DNA from: Laetmonice hystrix
Taxonomy: Eukaryota
Direction of reading: 5' to 3'
Assembly: GCA_965235115.1 (NCBI GenBank)
Contig: OZ249439.1
Span: 16,492,001 to 16,556,000 of the forward strand
Length of the DNA stretch: 64,000 bases
Below, piece after piece: positions 38,725-48,199 of this stretch. Every line of letters starts with the position of its first letter. The stretch's first letter is position 1. The notes beneath the pieces are model-generated. The model saw only the letters and a list, made by a program, of their open reading frames with translations. It was not told the DNA's origin and did not search any database. The position numbers and the translations under genes were made by a program.

Positions 38725-39018
38725 CAGGCCCGTACGCAGGGGGGGGGGGGGGGGGGCTGCGAAGGGTGTGTACGTGCACCCCCACCAAGAGCCACCAAAG
38801 TCCACTTTTTTGCAAGTCTTCAATGCATAGCACAAGCCTACAGATATGAAATGACAAAGGCCTCCCTCCAAAATAAATAAATAGGCCTATAGGCTCAATA
38901 AGGACTATCTGGCCTTCTGCCCTAAGGTGTTGCAGATACGGCGCTCGTATCATCACTCGTAAAGGTGCATTGTCGGATTATACGGACCTCCCCGAGAAAA
39001 CTCTTGTGTACGGGCCTA
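38725..39018. mobile_element. MITE-like element, ~294 bp
   Basis: Inverted termini CAGGCCCGTACGCA ... TGTGTACGGGCCTA (12/14) with a poly-G tract just inside the left end. No TSD recognised. Confidence 0.55.
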
Positions 39019-42000
39019 GATCGTGCTATGTTATAGGACACATGTATACTCTGCACAAAATGTTTTTCCCCACCTCTGTTGTCTTTTTGTATTGTAGTAA
39101 GAACTCCAAATTTATTTTTTATTTAATAACTTTATTTCTAAATTCCCTGTATCAATAAGGAGGAATTGCCTGCATGAATGGGTGTCGAAATATCAAAGGG
39201 GTGGGAAAAAAACTATTTATACAGAGTGTATTAGACTACCGGTACTTAAACCTTACCCCATCTACACCCCACCCTCTACCCCTACGATCAGTCCGCCACC
39301 CTGTCGATTTATACTGATACATGTATGAGGAAAGTGCTGGTGGAAATTAACGAGTAAAATTCACAGATCACTTCATCTAAATGAAAATGAGGGTTTGAAT
39401 TATTGACCACCTAGGTCTTGGACTGGAGTTATTTTGGTACCTGCAGTGTGCCATTACCGAGTGTGAATAAAAGGTGACTATACATGTAGTCGGTCCGAAT
39501 GTATTAGTCAAGTGCAGCATCTTGGTAGGGCATCGTAAAATATTCACACGATACTTAGGACTGCCATGTTTCCAGCTGACAAATTGTTAGAAGTAATTCA
39601 CAGTAACACTGGTAACTACAGATAGTTTGGTTTTCAAGAGTATGAATGAATACTTTGACGGTTCAGGTTTGAATAGGAAACATAGTACAGTATAGTTTAT
39701 GACATGAGTAAATGTTTCTTGAACATTGATAGTGTACCTGCCTTTAATGAATAATATATATATTTTTATATGAAATGTGTGAGGGCAGTGTGTTATGTGA
39801 AGTGGTTTTAAAACTGGCACAGCCTTACCTCATTCAGGCAAAAGAAGAATTTTTAATGACTTCTCAGTCCGTGGATAGAAATTGTGTTTATAGTTTCCGT
39901 TAGCTTCAGCCGGGACTATTCTCTAATGAAAGTATCATGTACCTTTGCTCTTAGGAATGGGAGGGGGTATGTTCTTAAATTATTTCTAGTTGGTCTTTCA
40001 TACCTTTTTTTGTGTCCGAAAATTGCAAAGATGCTCCAGGTAATGAAGTGTACGTTTATGATTACGTGTCGGCTGACAGACTAGGCGTTAAATAGAAATT
40101 GTTTTTTGTGGCAAAACACTTAACGATAATTTTGCTCTGTTGTACAGAGATCTAGGGAATCAGACCAAGGATGTTTACAAGGCGAGCGTGTATGTAAAAA
40201 GTTATCTGTACCACACGACAGATTGCAGTGAGAGGACAAATAAAAGACGGATTGTGAACGCTCACATTGATCTTCATTGCTTTCATCTATCTACATTACC
40301 CTTTGGGGCTGCTCCAGAGGTTGACATCACAATTCTCGGACAGGTCTTTTTCGAGATACTAGATCATGCCCAGAAAAAGTTCCATGATTAGCCGCACGGT
40401 GGCGGGTATAGTGTAAGCTTCAAAGAACAATCACTAACTCGACCGTCTGGTAGGTTCCATTGCAGTGAATGATCTTTTTCATACACTGTTTAAGATAGAA
40501 AAGAGAAATCTGCTTTCAAAATTGTACATTTATTGATGCCAGAGTATAACACAAGATACAGCAAAGCAAACTACCGTCGCAGGTGCTGCAATTCAGTTTC
40601 TAGATACAGGTATTCCGAGGCAGTAAGACACCTCAATAATTATGCTGCTTCAACTCAATACTTTATCGAAGTCTACAGAAATGGAGCTACGAGCCTGATA
40701 ACCTTTAAAGTATGACATACGTATCTGAATAAATTCAAAATTGCGATACATGGCCACTTTTCATGTAGAAACCCCCAAATTCAATTATGAAAATAATAGG
40801 AAACCCCTCCCTCCATATATATAAATGTATCTGTACTCAGTCTGCAGGGGGATTCCTACTATGATTATTTATTAATGATATGAGAAAAATTTGTATTCAT
40901 TACTCTTTCCAGTTAAGAGTAGAAAATATTTCATTTTGCGTCAAGAAACCCGACAAGCCTCAGGGACCAAAACTAGTGCAGTCCGACCAGTTTGCCCAGG
41001 ATTTTATTTTAGGCTTTTTAGGTCCTAACTAACACTTGGATCCGTCTACTGTAACCCCCCGCCCCCCCCCCCCCAACCTGCACCAATCTCTGGGCACGGC
41101 CCTGAGCCCACAAGCAACCTAAACAATGTAAAGATGTCTAGTGCACTGCCATTAGCATTTAGATGTGTGACACGTTAACAACAGTTTAATTAATATGATT
41201 ATGTACAATTAACAAAGGTAATGTAGGTTTTAAAATATCGCCTATTATTACATGCGTTTATTCCTTTTAAGTATTATGTTGAACAATGTCATATTTTAAT
41301 AATTTGATAAAATCTTTTAATTGTTGGATTTGTCAAAAACATAAATTGACACAACCGGTACATAGAGTACAACCAAATAAAGCTTGTTGACTTATAAATG
41401 AATAGATTCATCACAACTCTATGGCAATCTGTAGACTAAATATTTCGGCGACTTGCAGATAATAGGTCTGCATTCAGGCAACATTCTAACATCAGCTGGT
41501 ATCACAAATACCTGGCTGTATTATGTACACTCAAGTGTTAACCCATACACGACCGGTGTATGCACAGCATAGTGCTAAATATTATCACATCTTATACACT
41601 TGCACCTGATATTTTAACTATTCCAATTAATTTGTTACAGTGAAGAAAGCCACAAAAGACTTCCCATGTAGACAAAGTCATAACTTCAAATGTTTTTGCA
41701 TAAACAGTACAAATCATTTTTGCCACTAATAAGAGGTGGTACCAACTAACGCCTTTCTTTCGAGCACATATTTGCTTAAAGCCATTTATTTTGGCGGAAT
41801 ATCCTACAAGCCATTCATAATAAAAGGTCAGGTTTCTTCAAAGCTCATAATCAGTATGCATGTGTAGTTATAACAGACTAGCATGTGATAGTGATATTGA
41901 TACAGTAAAGATGTTAAAATAGTGAACAGCATCTGTTCTGTTCCTGCCATTCCTTGGATGTACCCACAGAAGTGTAAATTATGATAAACTTATTATCAGT

Positions 42001-42054
42001 AGATTATTAGCGTAGTAAAACATATCTTACCTGCACACTAAGAAAATACTCTGA

Positions 42055-44784
42055 TTAGTGATGGTTCTGATAGTAAAGATGTGGGTTTAAGGTGTAAGCA
42101 CTCGGTAAAGACATCGTTGGTGAAGTATGAGGTTGCTGGTATTGTGTAATCGTCATCGGGGACATTGGATGTTGGGGTGGGGGTGGACTGTGCATAGGAG
42201 GGGGTGGGCTGTGCATTGGTTGGGGCTGAGGCTGGGGGGTTGGACTTTGCATGGGTTGAGGTTGGGCCTGGGGGACTGAGGGGCTCTGCATGGGTTGAGA
42301 CTGGGGTACGGGTAGATTACTTGGGAGTGTGTTTGGTAGGGGTATGTGTGCTGGTTGATAAACCTTCTGGCTCATAGTATGATATGATTGTTGGCGTCTC
42401 TGGAGCAACTGTGGATCAATGCTGCGGTGTGCACTGTTGGCGAGATGTTTTTCCAACTGGGCTGCGTGTTCAGAAGGGGGAACGGATGCATGAGGAGGCA
42501 TACCTAATGGGTGCATCCCATGCTGCGAAGGCTGAGGCTGCAGAGATTGGTTAGAATGTGAGCCAGGTGGAACGTGTGTTGTATGAACATGGCTGTGATG
42601 TGGTCCTTGATGTTGCTGTGGCAAGCTCTCCTCCTGTGATGCCTGCAGCTGCAGCTCCTGGTCTTCTGTTTCTGGCTGCTCAATTTTTTTATCTGGCTGC
42701 TCAATTACTCTTCCTTCATGGTAGCTCCCAGGAGGCAGCACATAATGCTGAGTTGGGGACTTCCACTGCATCTTGTGAACCCCTGTTACATGCCGACGTA
42801 ATATCGAATAGTCATAAAATGAGCTTCCACAAAGTTCACAGGTAAAAGGTTTCTCTCCAGTGTGTATCCGTGCATGTCTCAACAAACTTTGCTTTTGAGT
42901 GAACTTCTTCCCACAAACAGGACAGTCAAAACGTTTGTCTCCAGTGTGTATGTTACGATGGATACGCAAAGAGCTCCTTAATCGGAAAGCTTTCCCACAA
43001 TATTCACAAGTATATCGCTGGGTTGTATCTGTGTGAAGCCTTTCATGTGTTTTCAAGGTGCTCTCATGTCTGAAAGCCTTGTTACATATAGAACATACAT
43101 AAGGCTTACTGTTGGTGTGTATCAACTGATGTTCTGCCAGTGAATGTTTGGTTGTAAAGTTCTTGCCACATTTCTCGCATGGATATGTTGGTCGGTTACC
43201 AAGATGCACTGCATTAATATGGATCTGGAGAACTTGCTTGGCTGCAAACGTCTTGCTGCACTGGCTGCATGGAAAAACTGGTTTCACATAACCTTCCTCA
43301 TGAGTTTTTTCATGTCGCTTCAACACATAAAACTGCTTGTATTTCTTCCCACATATTTTGCATGGATATCTGACTGCACTAGTTTTGTGATCTTTCAGGT
43401 GTCTTGACAGGTCCCTACTGACCGCAAACTTCTTGTTGCAGATTTCACAAGTCAAGGTTTTTTCTTTGTGTCTGCGTAATCGATGTTCCTTTAAGTGTTT
43501 TCTAGAATTTGTTGAATAGTCACATTCATTACACTGATATACATGCCGTCCAGGACGTTTACCAATTCCAGTTTTGACAGCTGAAATGACATTTGGTTCA
43601 ATCCTGAGGTCCACCTCAATATGTTGCCGTCTCATATGATCACGCAGGAATGCTTTCTTATTGCTGGTGAATGGGCACTCAGTACAGATGTATTTTGGTC
43701 CATATGCCACTGCTTTAGGTTCAGCATGAACTGTGTTCATCTTCTCAATCATTTCTTCTATTAGGTTTTCAAGTTTTTTGCTCTGCTCTGTAGTTTTCTC
43801 ATGGTCTTCAGGGGGTTCTTCTATTGGTGCTTTATGTTTTATTCCCAAATAATCTAATATGGCAACCGAGTCTTCATCTTCACAGTTCTCTTGCTGGGAC
43901 AGTTCTGTTGGTGGTGGGTCTATTGATTTTGGTATACTTTCACTTGTTGCATCAGTTTGAGAGACCAGGCCTGAACTCATAATTGCTTCTTTGGCAACAC
44001 ATATCATTACATTGGTATACTGATCGGGTGTATCTCCGGATTTAGCATTGTCTGGCATCTCTGACTCATCTTTAACTTGGTTGGAGCTACTATTGGGGTC
44101 TGAACAAGTGGGTGCCTCGACCTCTGTTATTTCATCTACATTAGCCTTATTATTAGTAGTATCTCTTTTGGCTTCTTTCTGTTCCTCTTCACCCTGTGGG
44201 AGATCCTGGCGAGTGGGATCACAACCCGCGGCCTCAGGTTGCTGCTCTGGCCAGTGTGGGTGGCCATCATCACCGCCACTGACTGGGTCTGCTCCAACAG
44301 CCTCCAGTTCAGGCTGCGGGTCAGAATCACTCCCCGGTTTCACGTATTCTGGCACGACACGCACTTTCCGAGGACGGCCTCTTTTTCTTTTGGGTGGGAG
44401 GGGTTCGGTGTGTAGCGCCTCCGTGGTGGGCGGGGGCGGCCGCCTTTTGGGAGGCCTGCCCCTCGGCCTGGGGCTGGGCAGGGTCGGGGTCACTGGTTGG
44501 GCACCCATCCTCAGGCGAGTCACCCTGGTGTTAGCCGCCTGGTATTCCGCGATCGCATCCTTCTCGATACTTGCTACCTTCGCCAAGATATGGTAAGCAC
44601 GTTTGATTGCATCCCACTCTCCTTTTATTTGCCACTGACTTTCCTTTTTGTAGACGGTGTAGCTGACACCAACCAAAGTTTTAAGGCTGTCAAAAAAAGC
44701 TTCTTTCCATGTTTTCCCCTTGGCTTTCATGCACGACGCCAGTTCAGGGGAGAGGGTGGCAGTAACACTGCTAAAAACAGTCAT
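42055..44784 (-). CDS. C2H2 zinc-finger protein, 909 aa, single coding exon; 2 AT-hooks, 10 fingers, Q/P/H-rich C-terminus
   Basis: Uninterrupted ORF from ATG 44784 to TAA 42057-42055. Ten C-x2-C-x12-H-x3/4-H fingers (YICTEC... to FTCELC...) with TNSKP/TGDKR/TGEKP linkers; RGRP AT-hook cores at 44463-44452 and 44382-44371. Confidence 0.93.
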   Translation of the reverse strand: MTVFSSVTATLSPELASCMKAKGKTWKEAFFDSLKTLVGVSYTVYKKESQWQIKGEWDAIKRAYHILAKVASIEKDAIAEYQAANTRVTRLRMGAQPVTPTLPSPRPRGRPPKRRPPPPTTEALHTEPLPPKRKRGRPRKVRVVPEYVKPGSDSDPQPELEAVGADPVSGGDDGHPHWPEQQPEAAGCDPTRQDLPQGEEEQKEAKRDTTNNKANVDEITEVEAPTCSDPNSSSNQVKDESEMPDNAKSGDTPDQYTNVMICVAKEAIMSSGLVSQTDATSESIPKSIDPPPTELSQQENCEDEDSVAILDYLGIKHKAPIEEPPEDHEKTTEQSKKLENLIEEMIEKMNTVHAEPKAVAYGPKYICTECPFTSNKKAFLRDHMRRQHIEVDLRIEPNVISAVKTGIGKRPGRHVYQCNECDYSTNSRKHLKEHRLRRHKEKTLTCEICNKKFAVSRDLSRHLKDHKTSAVRYPCKICGKKYKQFYVLKRHEKTHEEGYVKPVFPCSQCSKTFAAKQVLQIHINAVHLGNRPTYPCEKCGKNFTTKHSLAEHQLIHTNSKPYVCSICNKAFRHESTLKTHERLHTDTTQRYTCEYCGKAFRLRSSLRIHRNIHTGDKRFDCPVCGKKFTQKQSLLRHARIHTGEKPFTCELCGSSFYDYSILRRHVTGVHKMQWKSPTQHYVLPPGSYHEGRVIEQPDKKIEQPETEDQELQLQASQEESLPQQHQGPHHSHVHTTHVPPGSHSNQSLQPQPSQHGMHPLGMPPHASVPPSEHAAQLEKHLANSAHRSIDPQLLQRRQQSYHTMSQKVYQPAHIPLPNTLPSNLPVPQSQPMQSPSVPQAQPQPMQSPTPQPQPQPMHSPPPPMHSPPPPQHPMSPMTITQYQQPHTSPTMSLPSAYTLNPHLYYQNHH

Positions 44785-45459
44785 CCTTCCTCGAATTTCT
44801 CAAGCTTACGGTATGCGATTCGGCGTTAAATCAGATCGCTGAAACCCTTGCTTTACATATTACCACTTGTTCCTTTGCCGCAAGTCGCCAACAATCGCAA
44901 ATCCCGATATTTTAACATGGGAATTGTTTCCCTTCCTGAAAAATGGGCTCCAATGTTGTGGGCCAGAGGGCGCTTTATCACTTGGAAGGGCTTTCCCGAT
45001 ATTTTCATAACGAGGCAAGAGGAATCCCGTCAGTGACGTAAAGACATCTCTTGTTGAGCCACGCATTTATCGATGGCGAGAACGAGCAATTGTCATCTCG
45101 TCATTATTGTCCTGAATAGTCTCATCACAAACAGACTGAACATTTAAGTTGAACAAATGTATTCGGATCCCGAGGCTTACGCCATAATAATATAGAAATG
45201 GACGTTCCCCAAACCCTAAAATAGGATTTTGTAGCGTTGTACCTTAATTAAATCCCACTTCTCGCGAGAAAGTTATATATATCACGTGATTAGCGCGAAC
45301 TGATTTTGCAGAATCGCCATTACGATGGCGCCAAAAGGAATATTGTGTGAAATTCCAGTCGTTTTGCCTGTAAATTACAGCAATGTGGAATTTGTTAGAC
45401 ATTGATACATATGGGAAGATATGGTAGATCTGTGTGGTGCTATTGACATCCGATTTACG
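44785..45459. promoter_or_regulatory. Putative bidirectional promoter between the zinc-finger gene and JADE, including JADE non-coding exon 1
   Basis: CpG-rich. TTCTCGCGAGAA palindrome (45259-45270; TCTCGCGAGA motif), ATCACGTGAT E-box (45281-45290), inverted YY1-type cores CGCCAT-N4-ATGGCG (45315-45330), TGACGT half-CRE near 45035, donor TACG|GTGAGT at 45459/45460. Confidence 0.65.
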
Positions 45460-46126
45460 GTGAGTGTGAATTTGCCTTGACTGTCTGAATAATTAATTAG
45501 GCGTTCTCGAAGCTTGCCAAAACGCCATCCCGACGCTGAGTCTGTGAATGTGATCCTTTTGCCAGTTTTGGAAATGGAACAGCCATCCTAAAAATTGTAA
45601 CATTTTAGACTCGAAAGTTGGTTAATCCAATGGGTGATGTGTTTCACCCCTTTGAACCTAATGAAATGAGGGGTGTAGATATATCTAACTGTATTCAACT
45701 CGGATTCAGAGTTGACAGAGACTGACCTCCCAACCGAGTGTCATCCGGCCTACTTCAGACTCAGTGCTTGCTTGACCAGTGTCCAGTCGGATTTTGTCAG
45801 TTGAGTGTCATGAAATGCTTTGCGTGGCATCATGTTATTGAACAGTTGAATAAATTCGAGCATATTTCAATATCCTTCTTGCCAACGCATATGTTTATTA
45901 GCCAGTTGCTGGTCAGGTCAAAATACAAAATAACAGCCTATAGTTGTCATTTGAAAATGGAGGGAAATTCAATTTGCTAATCTGTCAACTTCAAGTTCAA
46001 TTAAGATTTCCCATCCACTGACCCAGGAAAGCTGACAGGGTCAGGGCTGACTGCAGACTAGACGTTGAACCATGCCTATCATATGGGGGCCCGTTACCAC
46101 ACTACAAATTGAAATGGGATTTACAG

Positions 46127-47344
46127 GGTATCCAGTCACTGTGAGCGTCAGGGTAAATAGTCGATTCGCCCCACTTCCGATTCGCCCCGGTCGATTCGCC
46201 CCACTCGAAAAGACGATTCGCCCCACTGGTAGAAGACGATTCGCCCCACTCGGAAAGTCGTTTCGCCCCAGTCCAGACTGGACGCTAACTGACTCTATCA
46301 TTCTATCAGTCTGCGTTTTTATTGTCTTGATACTATCCAGTTCAGTAAACAAGTCGTTTTGTGAACCAATTAAGGCCGACCGTCTGGCCCGGAGCGAGCT
46401 GCTAACTACCGGCTCTGTACCGCGTGCTGTTGCCGGCCCGTACCGGGCTCCCCACCTCCACGGCCCGGCAGCCAGGCGGCCGGGTAGCGAGCCGCTGACG
46501 ACCGGCGGAGCTGTACGTGTCTGTAGGCGGGTTCGCGTAGTAGGCCGTATCGGCCTAGTGCCCTAGACGGGATCGTGAGCTTGCAACCGCCGCAGCCACC
46601 CGCCCGCCCGCCGGCAACCGGCCTGCCTTACTCCACTCAGTCCCCGCTTGCGACCCTGACGCCCGACCCTTCGAACGGGTGCCAGGACGTCCCCGCCCGG
46701 CCCGCTTCTCCCCTCCGAGGCCCGGTGGCGGCCAAGGCCCATCGAGACGAGACAGTATTAGTACTAATGGCCTACCAACTAACTATAAAAGCTCCAGTGT
46801 GGTTAAAGAACCTAGGTTGAAGCAAATTAACTTCGAGATCATCGATGGGGCGAAACGACTTCGAGAGTGGGGCGAAACGACTAGGGGTGGGGCGAATCGA
46901 CTAGGTTGTGGGGCGAAACCGACCCGGGTCGAAACCGACCTGGGGCGAATCGACTATAATTCAGCGTCAGCCACTGTGAGCGGCAGTTACTGTGAGCGGC
47001 TTGATTTGGATGGTTTCATGGAAATCAGTACATATTTAGAGCTTTTAATCAGTGGTAGATCTAATTGTGGAAATGCAGACATAGGCCTATATATACGTAA
47101 CAGTGTAGTCAAAGTAAAAATATAAAATTAACACTGCCCCTCACTCCACTCAAATACCCTTGGCCTTGCCGGGCGCCTCTGTAGGCCCTACCAGCGAAGC
47201 GGCGAGGAGCGGACATGTGATGAGCCACCCCGTAACGCAGCGTGTCCCTTGCCGGGCGCCTCGAGCCTTGACCGCCGCTCACAACAACTGCCGCTCACAC
47301 TGACTGCCGCTCACAGTTGCTGCCGCTCACAGTAACTGGTATTC
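46127..47344. mobile_element. Non-autonomous DNA transposon, outer element of nest (~399 bp without insert), Mutator/foldback-like
   Basis: Perfect 8-bp TSD ATTTACAG (46119-46126, 47345-47352). TIRs are arrays of a 16-bp unit: CAGYYACTGTGAGCGK x3 on the left, CCGCTCACANNNNCTG x4 on the right. Termini GGTAT... / ...TATTC. Confidence 0.85.
46152..46962. mobile_element. Non-autonomous DNA transposon, inner element of nest (811 bp), Mutator/foldback-like
   Basis: Perfect 8-bp TSD AGCGTCAG (46144-46151, 46963-46970). 17-bp perfect TIR ATAGTCGATTCGCCCCA; six CG(A/T)TTCGCCCC units on the left and five plus one partial GGGGCGAA(A/T)CG-type units on the right. GC/CpG-rich interior. Termini GGTAA... 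/ ...AATTC. Confidence 0.9.
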
Positions 47345-47604
47345 ATTTACAGTAGGCGTAGATGTGGCATTAAGAATGTGGGAGAGCCCCTAGACTAGAG
47401 AATTTATGTAATGTGTCAGTGTCCTCAGTTTCAATGTCGATTTCAAACCTCTCTGTCTTGATTTTTACTTACTATAAAATGCCTCTAATCAGTGTGCATA
47501 AATTTCGCTAAATCCTTGTGCAAGACATTGTCTATTCTGAAGGTGAGTTTGACTGTTGGGGCCTTTTGTTATAAATTGAAACCGACCCAATAACAACAGG
47601 GTAT

Positions 47605-47753
47605 CAGGGTTCGCACAGGGCCTGAAATTCCAGGAATAGCCTTGAATTTGACAAAACCTATTTGCACGCCTGGAAAAGCCTTGAATTATAGTGTTACTTT
47701 GCAGATTTCCGAAATGGCCTGGAAATTTTTGAGGTTTTGTCTGGTCAACCCTG
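47605..47753. mobile_element. Short hAT-like MITE remnant, 149 bp
   Basis: CAGGGTT...AACCCTG ends with internal repeated CCTTGAA(T/A)/CCTGGAAA motifs typical of small CAGGGTT-type MITEs. No intact TSD. Confidence 0.5.
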
Positions 47754-48199
47754 TGTATTGGGGATAGACATTGGCTAGGGTAACGGGGCCCCCATGGAAC
47801 CAGGCTATTCATGACCCAGACCGCAGGTATTGTCAGGCCCTGGACACCATGGCAATTTTGTACGGTACCGTTATGTATTTCCAGTATGCAATTTTATGCG
47901 AGTACTGGTTGCACATTCCCTAAATGAGTTTTGTAACATAACTATCCATATGATCCCAACTCGAACCCTTTTTGGAAAATTTGAGGGGGAAAACTACAAA
48001 TGGTTTCTATTAGTCTGGTGGCTCAGTTTGAAAATGAAAGAAAGTAAGGGGTACATTTTCAGTTGGAGCATTCAGATGTCTAAAGGCATTTTTACTTTTT
48101 CAAGGTGTCGTGCTGTAGCATTGCTTGTATTGGATAATGAGCAACTTAAAACCTTTTTGTTATATCATAATCAGGTATTATTATATATGAGTGGCCGCT

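Larger units (their letters stand above)
46042..47842. mobile_element. Older hAT-like non-autonomous element hosting the nested insertions
   Basis: Diverged inverted ends CAGGGCTGAC...ATGGGGGCCCGTTACC and GGTAACGGGGCCCCCAT...GTCAGGCCCTG; flanks GACAGGGT / GACACCAT (5/8, possibly a decayed 8-bp TSD). Confidence 0.4.

Noticed and set aside
40958-41106. Possible MITE ending TGGGCACGGCCCTG
   Set aside because: Only one convincing terminus and no TSD.
44048-44596. 182-aa antisense ORF and other ORFs opposite the zinc-finger, GPCR, THOC2 and JADE exons
   Set aside because: Shadow frames of real coding sequence.
46072-47125. ORFs of 80-164 aa across the nested elements
   Set aside because: Produced by stop-poor GC-rich repeats; no DDE or other transposase motifs.
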